Positions 35,001-48,900 of a DNA stretch of 64,000 nt are shown piece after piece. The stretch is from positions 22,897,722 to 22,961,721 of the forward strand of contig OZ316896.1 of NCBI GenBank assembly GCA_973895155.1, read 5' to 3'. Origin of the DNA: Marsupella aquatica (lineage: Eukaryota; Plantae; Marchantiophyta). Every line of letters begins with the position of its first letter. Within the stretch, counting starts at the first letter, position 1. The notes beneath the pieces were generated by a model. The model was not told where the DNA came from and did no database searches. It worked only from the letters and a program-made list of their open reading frames with translations. The position numbers and the translations under genes are program-made.

Positions 35001-37135
35001 CTGGCCTGGGTTGGGAAGGGATTGGCAATGAGAGGGCACGCACGAGTCTCTGACATTGCAGCAACTCTTTTGGAGTTACTACAATCAGAAGGGATGAAGG
35101 CAGCAGCTGTTACTGATGCACGTGTTGAGCAGATTGACTCTCCCAATCTTGGCTCAGTTGCCCTTGCCCAAGCAGCAGCAGAGAGCATCGGCATTATTGT
35201 TAAGGAACATGCGACATGCTTGAATAAAGTTCACAATGCTGTTATGAGGCCTCTTTTCAAGCAGCGGTTTTTCACAAGCATGCTGCCACCATTGCAAGAA
35301 GCAGTTCGAAGAGCTGGGAATTCTTCCCACAGGTTCTTCTTGTCCCCATGGCTCCTGCTTGATTTTTTGGGGTTTATGAAGATTTTCTTTGCAGAGATCA
35401 ATTGCCATGGATTGGGCTTTGCTAGGCAGTTTGTTTCTTAGTCGTAATAAATTGAGTGTTGATATTAATTGCACTGAATTTAGCTGCCATTCTTATGACG
35501 GACGTAGTTGACAACTTGGGTTACCTTTCTCAACAGGATTTGGTTTTATCGTGCTTTCGGACACCTTCTTTTAGGCACACCACGTACTGCAGTACTTACA
35601 GAGGGCCAGAAGGTTTTCTTCTCACGCTCTTTTTTGTCATTTGCCACAAGCGAGTGTTTGTACCAGGTCCTCTTCAATGTAGTTGGGTTGTGGCGGTGTT
35701 ATGGTGTAGTGGTGTTGTATATGACCGTGCACATATCTGATTCACTTCCTGCACGAGTGCGAAATATGGTTTGCCAGGTTACTGAAGTGAATACATGGCT
35801 TGGTTATTTATGAGTAGTGATATGCAATTTTCCTCCCTCTCACACTGAAATTTTACTGGTTGGTTCATTCACTCTTGCTGATTACGTGTTTTGCTTGTAA
35901 GGTTTTTCCTTTGGTTCTTGAAGGACTGACGACCCTCTGCAATCATCCTGAAGATTCTGATCTCTTACTTTCAACTCTTTTGACTCTATCGTCATTCCTC
36001 ACAGATGAGAATTATGGTGCGTCTGGCTCCCACTAAATTGTCTTATCGAATGCGAGTTATTTGACCTGGAAATGGGCAGCATCAAGTGATAGAAAGTTCT
36101 GTAGAGATATGATTTGGAGCCGAGGTGGTTTTTTTTAAGCTGTGGAGTATTCAAATTACAGTTATTAGCGATCTTCGTTTTGTTCATGCATGCAGGTAGG
36201 AACATTGCCGCCGAGTACGTTCCGGCTATCGTGAAGAGACTGACAGCTTTGGTGCATTATCGGTCTTCTTTGGTAAGTGCTATCCCCGAGGACACAAGCA
36301 GTGTTTATATCCAACTGTCTGACGTATCCTTGGTTATCCTAAACCCTAACCTTGTACTTCCTGTTCGCCCAAATTTTCAAATAAAATGGTGTATCCTGGT
36401 ATGTTGCTGATGAGATTTTCGGAAGCTGATTACGAGGCAGGATACTTGAGAGCATTAACTTGAGCAGTTCTGGGAATCTTTACATTGTCACTCTTACTCT
36501 GGAACCACCTTGCTTTGTATGTAGGTGATACGAGAGACAGCATTGCAATGCTTGGGGGCACTTGTAGGACTTCCCTTCACCCGTGTCTATCCTGAGAAGC
36601 CACAGGTAAAAAGGAGACGTCCAAATATCTGCCATCATTGGTGCAAAAGCTGCTAAGGTGTATTTCGTGTCATTGGCATACAAACTGATCAGTACAATGC
36701 ACAAGCCCAAGGAGTGCAGAATTCAATTATTAGTCTTGTAAGTCCAACGTCAGAAGAACGTAGATGATTGGAAACTGACTTGTTCAGTGTGATCATGCAG
36801 GTAATGAAAGCAATAAGTGCAGCTTTGGATGACCATAAGCGAAGAGTACGCAAAGAGGCTGTGCAATGTCGTCGAGTTTGGTCAGTATCCCTTGTATTTT
36901 TTCTCAAAATGTGCAGTCTCAGTCTTTCATATAGTGAATGAACATGGGACAGAAGGGCTCTTAGTTGCCATTAAAAAGTGTTGTGCGTATGGTAACAAGG
37001 AGCCAGCTCAACATAAAACGATATTTCGTAGAGTCACAGTTTCGAAAGTGGCAGTATGCGATGTAAAAACAACTCGTCCTCTAACCGTTTGCCATGGTTT
37101 CCTTGAACTCTTGCAGGTCTGCCATCTCGTCTTAG
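29011..37135 (+). CDS. MMS19: MMS19/MET18 cytosolic Fe-S assembly targeting factor (HEAT-repeat protein); exons approx. 29011-29091, 29347-29409, 29583-29637, 29804-29901, 30168-30326, 30466-30525, 31185-31373, 31759-31812, 31927-32013, 32228-33005, 33148-33518, 33707-33783, 34018-34123, 34428-35331, 35537-35612, 35902-36016, 36196-36272, 36525-36605, 36801-36880, 37117-37135
   Basis: YLTTTDNSIRARG; ADWHCLRGALIG; EAEKDPRCLL; DLFDSVSCYFP; PFCIPVLLEKLSS; LAWVGKGLAMRGH; RPLFKQRFF; IRETALQCL; ALDDHKRRVRKEAVQCR..W. GT-AG junctions in frame; the middle exons are less certain. Confidence 0.93.
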
Positions 37136-38132
37136 GAATTACAGTAGATTCTGTGGACTCTTGTACAAATATGAGAAAAAACCAGTTTTGCACCAAGTTT
37201 TGCTGCCGATCTGGTAGTGGAAATTCCTCGAATCACCAGCCGATGAAAGTAGCCGAAGTTGTGGTCATCTCCTTCGAGATTGTTAATATTGGAACGTGAT
37301 ATTATGGCACTTTCTCGTTTTGCTCGTTACATGTCACCAGCGCCAGTGATCTCAAACAAAGTCATAGCAGTGCAAGAATTTGGTCATAGCAGTGCAAGAA
37401 ATACACATCTTGAGGGGCTTAATCCTTTTCTTGGATATCTGGGAGTGGATTCATTATCTATCACAAGGATCGCCTCTCTCATTTGGGGAAGTTGCTGAAC
37501 GACTAACACAAAAATACCCATCAGTTTTATAGATCCGCTGACAGTAGAGAAATGTCAAACGTTTTGCAGCATTACTAATGTGGATCCTGAAGTATTCAAG
37601 CTAACGGCCTCAGTTTTGAAAACCGGAAGCAGCGGAAATGTATTGTTTGATATGCGATTGTACGTTTCCTACATTTCCATCTTGGCCAATTTTGGGAATA
37701 AGCCATGGCATGAATATATTGGATCTAACGCTCTCATATGGGACGCAAAGTAACAAACACGTTCTGCTTCATCATTTCTTTCCTGAGCTAGTCTCTATTG
37801 GCTCTCAATCCTTTTGTGCTCACAATGGGAGGCCACAGAAGTCCTCTACTGTAAGCTTGAGCATCACGAGGTTGAGCACCAAAAGAGAGTTCTCAAGGGT
37901 GAATATAGTTGTCAATGTTTATTCATCCCATATATTAATCACTATAATATGGAAATCCATCAAATCTTACGAGCATTCTGTTTACAAAAATTAAAATAGG
38001 GAGGAACGAACTTTGACGATTGCTTGATTAAATATTTTTCGTGACCATCAGATTTGGCAAACTGGCCTACATTTTGTCCCATCTGGTCCTAGCATCTACC
38101 TCTGGACCCTGCTGAGGTATTGTCGCCACAAT

Positions 38133-38470
38133 TGAACCTTGGCTCTCCCTCCCCAATATGGGGTACCAACCCAGCTGCATTTTGCCACAATGTTACCCTT
38201 GCCCTCCCTCCCTGGCACCCCCTCCCTGGCATGCCCACACTCCCTCTGCCACGGGCAGGGGGAGGAGAGAAAGGGGAGGCAATGGAACCCTGGCTCTCCC
38301 TCCCCAATATGTGGTACCAATGCAGTGGCCTTTTGCCTCAATGGTACCCTTGCCCGCCCTCCCTGGCATGCCCACGAGGGAGGCTGGTGTGGGCATGCCA
38401 GGGAGGGGGTTGCCTCAGCCTCCCTCATGCGGGGAGGGAAAGGAGAGAAAAGGGAGGCATAGGAGGGGAC
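38133..38470. repeat. GC-rich ~150-bp direct repeat plus a 19-bp perfect hairpin; probable non-autonomous TE fragment
   Basis: GAACC(T/C)TGGCTCTCCCTCCCCAATATG.GGTACCAA near 38134 and 38285; CCCTCCCTGGCATGCCCAC...GTGGGCATGCCAGGGAGGG at about 38356-38407. Confidence 0.7.
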
Positions 38471-41400
38471 TGAAACTAGAGAGAAAACAGAAAAGGACAA
38501 CTAGTTCAAGGTTCTCTTGGTTAATAGGCTTGATGCTATTCAAAGTTGGAGTGATGACGAGTTGCCCATATATTGGAATAGATTTGAATATGGAGATGAG
38601 AAAACAACAATGTAATAAAGGATTCTGAGTGAATGAAGTGGATTTGAAGGTAAGGAGGATACTAGTCATGTTCATTGAAGACAAAGAGGAATCCTTCATG
38701 GTAATACATCATGCAATATGGTCATTTGGTAAGTTCCTATGTCCATGTAACATTTCGTGTAGTCAATGAATGCAAAATGTTATAGTAGTTGAAGAGCATT
38801 TTATGTTCTTTTGGTAATCCGCTGGCCATAGTTACTGAAGGGTTTTTGATGCTCATTTGGTACTCCTTTATTGCTAGTCCATGCAAAATGCATATTACAA
38901 TAGTTGAAGGGTTTCTTTCTAACCCATGGCTATTTCAAAAAATTTCCAATAAAAAATTCAAACACTTGAAACACTCATATCCAATCGGAACCCATCCAAA
39001 AGTTTAATTCCTTTTACCCTTAAGTTTGTTTGTTTGTTTCAAGTGTTACTTTTAATATTCCATTGTTTTCAGTATAGACTACATTGCTGCAACACAACTT
39101 GTCTTGATTGCAAAGACAAGACAACCAGAACGGAAACACTTATGTAACAACTACACGACTGCAAATCCCAACTTTTTTCACCCTTAGGTCTAGTTATTAC
39201 TGGACAGTATAAAGAAATTGACTTTCCAAAGAGTAATTGCTATTTCATTTCCATTTGTTCCAAAAAATTAAAAACTTTTTTATCAACCAAAGTTAGGGAA
39301 ACTATCAAAGGGCTCAAAAGTTCACCTTGCCTCCATGACACTTTTGTGTCTCAATGACTTCCTTGCCTGGAAGACACACCTTTGCATCAATGACAAATAT
39401 GACGACTCAATAACTTCCTTGTCTTATCTGCAGTTCTTTATTCTACTTGGCATTTTCTATACATACCACGTGCATTGGGCTAGTCAGATAAACTTGAAAT
39501 ACCCAGATAATTCCCTTGTGGGGGGAATATGGAGATAATTCCTTAATATACAGCAATATGAGAAACATAAATACATGCAGCAAGTGCAATTAACTACTTT
39601 GTCACAGACTGCGGGATAGCTCCTAACTCAAATGCACACTAGTGTACTTACTCTCACACAGCTACTATTAATGGCTTTTGCTTTTACTAGCCTGAATACT
39701 TGAATGAGCAAATTTCATAAATAGATGACAAGTATCATTATGCCCATTGCCAGTTCCATGATTACACATCAAAATGTGGCAATATATTGTGTATGTCTCA
39801 GACATTAATTTAGAGAAAATAACAAGATTCGTCATGGTATGTAACCATATTTTGACTTCCATGCTGGCCTGTAGAGGCTTTCGTCTTGACACTAGGCCCT
39901 TAGCCCAACTTTGAATCATTCTTTGATTAAGTACAGTAGATAACTGTAGATAACTGATTCCATCCATCAACAGTGATCTCATATCTCACTGGTTCTCTGA
40001 ATACTGGCATGACTTCAACTTACGGTTTAGAGTAAATTTGTGGTGCCTTCATTGCGCCATAGTATGGGGATAGCGGCAATATATGGCATGAGGCAGCCCA
40101 TTAGTGAAACGTACTGTAGAGGGCTATAATAGAGTTCAGAGAGAAGGATAAACCCCTTCAGACCATATCCTAACAGACAAAGGGGTAGATATATACACGA
40201 CCTGGCATGGCCTGGTCAGGAGCTACAACTGGTCGTTAGAATTTGCAAAACTGTTTAGAATATTTTTTTGCACGGTCGATTCCTTGTCCATCTACAGGGT
40301 TTCCATTCACCTAGACACTATTATAAAAATCCGAACCTGTGTCTTTTTCATGCTAAGTTCTTATTTTATTATGTGAAACTATGGGCCGGATCCAACCCCC
40401 TCTTGTTTTATTGTCGCTCACATCTAACGCTGTGCTTGCTCACCTGCATCCCAAAGGTCATTTATAGGACATGCATCTAGACAAATTGTCCTATGCAGTC
40501 ATCTCTATGCGTTTATTCTGAAGCTTTATTGGCTTTTTCAGTTGGCTGCTCTTAGGGCTTTAGTTCGTTAGTTCTCAGGATTTTTGGCCATTTAGTCTTG
40601 GGTTTTTCTTTTTGTTTTCTCCCCTTGTTGGGATCCTGTCTCCAAATTTGTCACGTTTTGTTTTATATATAGCCTCTTGACACGCTACGAAATAGGCTTG
40701 GATGATACCTTAAAACCTATTTATAACGAGACATTAGGCGTAGCAGAGATAGCTTTCGATGATGCTCGATTTCCCTTTTTGTCTTGAAAATCAAATTCAT
40801 ATATACTCGATGTCCTTGACATGAGATCAGAACGAACGAAGTCATTTTTATTTTCCTGCTCATAATTATATTAGGCAATGCCAAAGCTACTGTTCCTGGC
40901 AACCTACCGTAGATATGTTGTCCTGGTTCAGAATATTTTCGCCTTTTAATCTGCAACATCAGAAATATTCTAATCTTCTCTAACTTCGAAAGCATTGACT
41001 TTTTCAATAAATTAATGGTTTCTTAAGTTATAGTACTGAAATTGGGCAGTATTATCTCTTGCAAAAGTATAGTAATAGTTGAATTGGGCTGTTTTCTGTT
41101 GCTAGCGAAATATCCCTCAGTCGCAAATGCTGCATACAAAAATTGACCAACTGCTGCCTTAGCATGCCTAGCACAGCTGTAGACCCGGGCCCAGCAAGAT
41201 ACTTGTTAAGACGAAAAATCTACGTTAATATGCTTTCAAATTCTATATGAGACAAGAACAATGGTGGATCATCTCCAATTCTTGCGTAATTATCGTGTCA
41301 TATATTGTGGACGGTATCTTGCCAGTTTTGAAATGTTCAGTGTCGTTCTGTTTTTCCTCTCAATTTGTGACTGTATACGGCTAGGGAACCGTTTGCGTCT

Positions 41401-42987
41401 TTGCGAGCTGGGAACCTTGGTGTGCGGTATGAGAATTGACTTCGTCAGGTCTGGCTTACCTGATGTCTTCGCATCGAAGTTTTCGCCCTCACACTTGTTG
41501 GGACTTTGAATCTTGCATCGTTTGGAGATGGCGACTGGTTTGCACTTTGTCATCTGTGCACATGCCAGCTGAAAGTCAGTTGGCAACCTTGGTGTAGATT
41601 CCACTTTTCTTCGAGGAGTTTCAATATTCTGCGTGTAGAGATGGGACTCGTGGGCAAGATCCGACTGCTTTGTCCATATGCCAGCTTCAAGGTCGGCTCG
41701 CAGAATTGAAACGTTTTGGCGACGCAGAACTTGCAGAATCATCATTTGGAAAGCATCCGGCGAAAGTATTCTGGCAGCTCGATTGCGTGCTTGCAAGCTG
41801 CAGAAGTCTATGTGCGAAAAGAGATTGATTGCTCTCCCGAGTCAATACTCTGGCTTGGTGGCCGGCTGGCTTGAGGTACGGACCGAAATTCTCCACTCGC
41901 ATCGACTGCGGTCAATGTCGTGGGGTTTGAATGCGATCGATTCCAGATAGGTTGTTGGAGATTCGAGCCTCTAGAACTGTATCTTGTTTCATATCTTCGA
42001 GTCCTGGTTGCTCGCAGCCGTGCGCTAGAGTTCAATAAACTGTCTCGATTGTATGTACACGTACCTTGAATTCGCGTGTATATAAATATCAGATTGATGC
42101 TGCTAGAGCTTCGCTCGACAGGCACGTACATCCCCTACCAGTCATAGAAGTATCTTTGCACAATTGTATTCTGTTGGATAGAAGGTCTTGAGTTCAGCAT
42201 GAGTGCCGTGGGTTGTGAGTTGAGCTTCTCTGCGTAGCTAGCCATATTTGCTGTCTCTTCACGAATTGATCGGACTTCGCGTTTGGCATCTCCGCCTATC
42301 GACTGGATAGGTTATTCCGAAATATAATAATTGTTTGTTAACTTTGGCTTCTCCGTTTGACTAACTATATATATTCCCCACTAGCTAACTTAAACAATTT
42401 AGCGTCATTTGTGGTCCAGAGGTAGCCTGATTCCCGGCCTCATTTTGGCTGTGCCGTGTTGTACATCTCTTCTATGCTGCATGTGAGTCTCTAAGAATGG
42501 TAGCCGCAAACTTCTTATTGCTTAAAAATCAGCAATCGGTTTTGGGCAAGTACGATAGGAATGTCGGCCAAGCGCAGTGATCAGCTTTGGCGTTCTAGAT
42601 CGAATCCTGGCCAGATTTCTTTGCGATGTAACGCTTGCAGAAGTACATGTAGAAGGCCCCTGTGAGCTCAACTGAGAGACCTTTAATTACGGCGCTGACT
42701 GCCTAATCTTGGCTTGCTTGTCATAGGACTTCCATTCCCACGATTTCCACTCCACGCTTCAGAATCAACGTGCCATTCATGCCGGGCATTCATGCTGGAG
42801 ACCACAATAAATTAAGACCCGGCCAAATCAAAGCCAACTTGTCCAAGGTCGGCATCTCTTTTGTTGTGGAACGCGGGCAGCTACATTATCGATAAGAATT
42901 GCACACGGGAGACAGCCAAAATCAGACCAGGTATTGATCGAAGAGGCAGTTTCTACAGTAGGTCTGGAGGCTAGGAGCGGTAGGATC

Positions 42988-43233
42988 ATGATCGCCATGG
43001 TTGCCGTTATAGGTGCTGTACCGGCCGATGCCCGTGATTCAAGTTACAAGCACCAGCAGCATGTCGATGGATATCATGCTGGAGATCCTGGTGTTGCTGG
43101 ACTGAGTGAGTTCGATAACGATTACAGGCGCCGCGGGCTGAAAGCTGAGGATCTTGAGACGGAGATCGTTAGAGAAAAAACTATGCTGACTGCTGCCTGG
43201 CTTCGACTGAATTTCCATGACTATATGATTCAC
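42988..43233 (+). pseudogene. Class III (secretory) peroxidase exon-1 remnant
   Basis: Signal-peptide-like start, GLS..Y..E.IV, and AAWLRLNFHDYMI (cf. AAxLLRLHFHDCFV), ending at a GTACGT donor; no downstream exons seen. Confidence 0.7.
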
Positions 43234-43920
43234 GTACGTTCTCTCTCTCTCGCGTCCCAGATTTCCAGAAAATAGTTGCAACGAATGTTCTACGACATTG
43301 ATAGTATGTATACGATATATCTTGATATATAATCAGCTCTTGTCATTCGGAATTATGATCCCGAATGGTAAACTTACACGGAAACGATGGCACACTCTCT
43401 TCGCCTGCACTTCCATGACTATTTTAGTTATGTTCTCTCTCCCGTCCCAGAGTTCCAGAAAATAGTTTCAACAAATGTTCTATGATTGGCATTGATAGTG
43501 TATATATTAAGGTAAGATACGATATCCCATCAGCTCCGGCCATTCGGAATCATGTGCCCAAATGGTCAACTCACACAGAAACGATGGAACACTGGCGTCG
43601 CCTGCATTTCCCTGACTACATGGTTCACCCATGTTCTCTATCTCTCGTCGCAGATTTCCAGAAAATAGTTTCAACTACTGTTCTATGACATTGGTGTTAT
43701 ATGAAGGTAAGCTAGAAATGATATATCATCAGCAATCATGTGCCCAAATGGTCAACTCACACAGAAACGATGGAACACTGGCGTCGCCTGCATTTCCATG
43801 ACTACATGGTTCACCCATGTTCTCTATCTCTCGTCGCAGATTTCCAGAAAATAGTTTCAACTACTGTTCTATGACATTGGTGTTATATGAAGGTAAGCTA
43901 GAAATGATATATCATCAGCA
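43195..43920 (+). repeat. ~185-200 bp tandem repeat x4 built from the peroxidase RLHFHD exon end and intron start
   Basis: CG(A/C)CTG(A/C)A(T/C)TTCC(A/C)TGACTA...TTCCAGAAAATAGTT(G/T)CAAC...GTTCTA(C/T)GA near 43203, 43401, 43598 and 43783. Confidence 0.85.
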
Positions 43921-45828
43921 CCAGCCATCCAGAACAGGTACCCGAATGTTAAACTTAGATAGATAGATAGTACACTATATATACTTGGCAAATTATGTTG
44001 ATACGCGTAGTCGGAATGCTGATATCTGTCGGAATCCTGATAGCTGGCAGATTCTATCGAACAATTAGCCCGGTTCTAGATGACTAGATCGAGTGGCTAG
44101 CCTAGTCACTCCAGGACACATTTCAGTTCCAAAGCACACGTAAACGAATTATGAAATCGGTAATATATGGAGCGTATGGGACTCGGAACAAACAAATTCA
44201 ACGGGAGTTAGTCAGATGAAATTTTGGGAGGCTGGAGAGTGAAGTTATCGTCTTTAGAGGCCTTACACAACTAGTATCAAAGCTCGATTCCTAGATCCGT
44301 AACCAACTGCCAGAATAATGTTCGCAGTTCGGGAGGAAATTAATAAGCTTAGTGCCACGATTCCCCTTTTGCCTGCCAATGTGTACCCGATTTGCAATTC
44401 TTATATTTGCAAGCAAGGAGTATGCTGGCTTCGATCATGAGGAACTTTCAGCTCACCTCTCAGCCGTTACGTACAGGAGCTTGAGTGAATGCGGCGAGGG
44501 GTAAAGGTCAGCTTGTCGAATGCAGAGTTTGTGGTGGCAAAAGAGAAGGCTTCATTTGTTGGACTGACTCACTGCTTAAGTGAGAGATTAAAACAAGACC
44601 TTTTATTCGGTGGTACTCCGTTTCAGGAAACCTGAGATTCGACTTTTGCTTAATATGTGATAAGGTACTGTTTGCCGGGACTGTTGGAGAAGGTTTCTTA
44701 CAGACAGGCAGAACCTCTCTCGAAAGAACGAGATGGGCAAGAACGAGATGCTCTGTATCAATCAATTACCTATTCTTCAGATTTGTATGGACACGCTCGA
44801 TTTACCCACTGAAGAATAGTGGACATACACATGGAAATAGTTGTGCAGGACTAGCTCAAACGCTCGCCCATAACGCAAGACAGTGCTGTCTAAAGTTTGC
44901 ATAGATGAGCGGGTGACTCACTTGCAATCTTGCCATAGCTCTCGCCATTATAGCTCAGTCAGGAGCCCTCAGGCATGAATTAATGAGGGAAAAGCGTTGA
45001 TCTGGGAGGACGCGCAAATGCGCAAATGTTGTCTGAACTGATCCTATCATTTCATGGACGGTGGTCTGAGCGCAGTGTATAGTTTCTTTCAAAAGCCATA
45101 ATTACACATCTAGGAGACTGGAATTCGTCTTCCATATACGCATTCTGTATATATCATTCTAATTTTCATTGTGTGACCGATTGTCACTATATGTGAGCAG
45201 AACAGTGGTTTATGTTGGAGTGCTCACAATAGCTATCCTATCTTCCAAGAGGTTGACTGTGATGCGGAGAAGATGAGGCGGGTCAAGATTGAATCTGGCG
45301 TTGAAGGGAAATTTACGTGCACAGTGTGGCATGGCTTCAACAAGTAGCTACCAGGTTACAGCTTGCCTAATTTTGTCTCGTTCGCACTCTCTCCATCACT
45401 TCTCCAAAGTTCTACACGGACTTACTCTAACGTAGTTGAAATCGGTGGCTGGCATAGGGTGTTACTGTGGAGGTTAGATTGTGAACTTCAATTATGTATA
45501 CACACCTTTAGTTATGACAAGTCTTTCATAATTGAAGTCAGAACAATCATGGAAAGTTCTCAGTTTAACAGGCATCAGACCTGCTGAGTAAGTCAACCAG
45601 TATTCGATTTGGCAACCATGACAATATCATCGTGACTGGATTTATCTCTCGTTGACAGAGTTGTAGTTGAATACAGAATTTGAGAAGAATTTCAATCTGA
45701 CTCATTCATTGCATCCCCATAGATTGATCTGCAGAGAAAGTAGATACTGAGTCTCAAATGTGTATCGGCAAACCCAGGACGACAATTTTCATTTTGAAAA
45801 TCGGTCCACTTCATGAGAAGTGTTTTTC

Positions 45829-45928
45829 AAACAACCCATATTTTTATATAAGAAAACGCGCCTGGGCAAGGGGAGGTTCAAACAATCCATATTTTTATAT
45901 ATAAAAACACGCCTGGGCAAGGGGAGGG
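45829..45928. repeat. ~52-bp tandem duplication
   Basis: AAACAA.CCATATTTTTATATA...GCCTGGGCAAGGGGAGGT occurs twice. Confidence 0.8.
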
Positions 45929-48900
45929 TATTATTTGGGGAAGGGCTTCAAAACAATCTATGCCTTTCTTCCATAGTGAGCTAAGACCTTTCTACATGTT
46001 AAGTATCTATTTGCGTGTGATGACAATCATACAATACTTAGAAAAGGTGGGAACACTTGCTGTCATTCTATTTCTTAGGAGGGTTTTTCTGCCTTCACAG
46101 TAGGGGAGATTATTAATTTTAATGCATGGAAGAAGATGGGATTGGGCTTAGGGTTTGTTAACTTAGTTTGCAATCATGGAAATTGGCCCCTAATCGTGTG
46201 TTTTAGTTTGGCCCTGTCCCACATTAGATGATTATTATTCCCACCCCTAACCCAAATCACGTCTCTTCCTCCAGACTTTCGCAACTTCTACCTGCTATTT
46301 CAGCTCTAATTCTAACTAACTCCTCCAATTTATTACCTCCCTTCCCTCTTTTTATTAGTAATGTATTTATTACCTCCCTTCCCTCTATACTTAACTCTTG
46401 GCTTGCCTTTTGTTTTCGACCCTCCTCCCTCTGAATCCACTTTAGCAGTTTGCCAATTAAAGAGAGTCGGGGGCCAAAATGCTTGAATGTGCTAAATTCA
46501 GTTCTATGCAACGTGGCAGGTCCCGCACCAGGTGGCACCCCAACCTTGCCCTAAACTCACTGCCAACCCAAATAGTTACCTCAAAGTGTGCCCTTCTGCC
46601 ACTCGCCCACACCTGTAGCGCATTTGTGTTGGGGGGCATCACTATTGTGTACCAACATTAATATTGTCAATAATATTGTTGGGTCACTGTGGAATAACAT
46701 TAATGCATTTACCCGTGTTGTACGTACACAGAACACAAAGCAGACCAAACTGCAGATAATTTTGTACTTAGACTGACAAGGGTTCCTTTGATGTAGTATA
46801 ATTTTGGCAACATCAGTGAAGCATTCCTCCAAAAACTGGGGATGTATCAGAGGTTTCATTTTTGTATATAGTATAGCAAGTTCATCTTTGAAACAGGACT
46901 TTTTTTGTCTTGTAGTGATACATAATTCATCTAATTTTATGTATGATAAAAGAAGATAGTAAATATAAAATATATGCCAAGAAAATAGTATATGTTAATT
47001 AAGAGAGAGAGATAATACACAAAATCATAAATAGATATGCAAAGAAAAACACATAATAACCAAAAAAATACTGAGGTACTCAAAGGTTGTACACACAAGG
47101 TACAGATTTCATTTGTTTCTAGGTAATGACAATCAACTCAATTCAAACCATAAATTTTGTAAAGAAAATCATTAGGGGAATTTAGTACACCACATGTGCA
47201 CATTATTCAAATCATTTCTCTCACTCTCATGAGAAAAGATTGAAAAGGAATAATCAAACATTAGGGGAGCCAAAATAAATTCAAAATACTCTATTTTAAC
47301 TACAATTAAAAGGGGTCCAAAACATAATTCAAAATCTAATTATAATACAAATAATTCATCTTGTTAAAGGCACATTAAAATCTAAATACTGGACCCAAAA
47401 TCTACATAAGATAAAATATGAAAGTTGGATTCACCATATTGTAGATTGGATATATTGCATTGGCAGTCCTATGAGTAATGCATGGAAACAGCCATATTTT
47501 CCACATTGCAACATTTTTTCTATCTTTAAATTGAGTTCCTTCAATCTAGAGGAAAACAAAGTAAAATCATCAATTTTATCTAACTCAGATAGATAGAAAC
47601 TTTTTCGCTTTCTAACTCCAACATGAAAGAAATGCACATCACTGATACGTACACATATCGGATTTCACATAAAAAACACGAGTTTCAAAAGTAACCTTTT
47701 CCATCCAAAAAGTTGTTAGTGGAAAATACTTTCATTGAAGTTGCCTTAAACTTACTTCAGACTGACACACAAGGGTTCTTACTATCTGGAGCCCCCAATA
47801 ACCTGTGACTTTGGAGGTGGCTTATACCCTAAAATTTAAGAAACTTCTTAAAAATAATTATAGTTCTATATTAATTAATTTAGAGTATTCTTGAAATATT
47901 CTAAATTTTAAGTAGAAATTTATTTAAAAGACTCTAATATTCTTTCACAAACTTTTTTGAAAAGAATCTTGTGTGCATAAGCTGGCTTAGGGGAAAATGC
48001 ACCTAAAAAACACCCAACATTACAAAATGTCATTTCTACGACACCCAGGCAAACAATAATGTTCACCTAAAATATTGGATATACAATTGCATTGACATTA
48101 AAGATTTATTCATCTGACTATGTGCAAAGTGGGAATTTATCAAAATCCAGATGTTTGTCAACTAGAGATACATTTTTTACACTTACAAATCTGGATATAG
48201 CATACTCATCCTGGAACATGAAAAGTTATTTTGTCCTCTAGAAAAAAGTTTAAATTTTTTAGTGAAATACAGGTGATCTATTTTTGGTGGCAAATATAAA
48301 TAGGACATTGATTAGGAAGCCTGACATTGAAAAGGTGTGCACATAAGGTATAAGAATAAAAGTACACATGTAAAGAAAATTAATAATGAACAAGAAAAAT
48401 TTAAGTCTATGGTATTGGGTTCTGCACATACTATACACCAGTAAAGATATTTATATACTTATCTTAGGTAATGACACTCAAATGAATTAAAACCATAAAT
48501 TTAGGACACAAAACCATGAGTTGAACTTAAAGATATGAAGAGTGCATTTTAATTAGATCATTTCTTCTTCACTAAGGGCTAGAACTTCCGTGAGCTTTGT
48601 TAAAGGGTGGATGATCAAAAGTATATCAAAGATTGAAAAATTTGGAGGGGTGCCAGATTAAATTCAAAATCTAAAGTATACAAGGGATGCACCTTGGTAA
48701 GACATATTGAATTCAAATACACAAGAAAAAAAGTTTGAATAAGACAAAATACTGGAAGATGGATTCACCATTATAGCGGTTTCATTCTGGAATCTGGATA
48801 TCAAATGATACTTGCTTGATGTATAAAATAGTGTGTTTGCATCCAAGAGGTTGAAATACTACTACTCATGATGGTGGCCTTACAAGACATGAGGGCTGAG

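Noticed and set aside
38089-38699. Cluster of overlapping ORFs on both strands
   Set aside because: A by-product of the GC-rich repeat, which lacks stop codons.
41261-42131. 168-aa and neighbouring ORFs
   Set aside because: No recognisable domain or splice structure; may be chance ORFs or unrecognisable decay.
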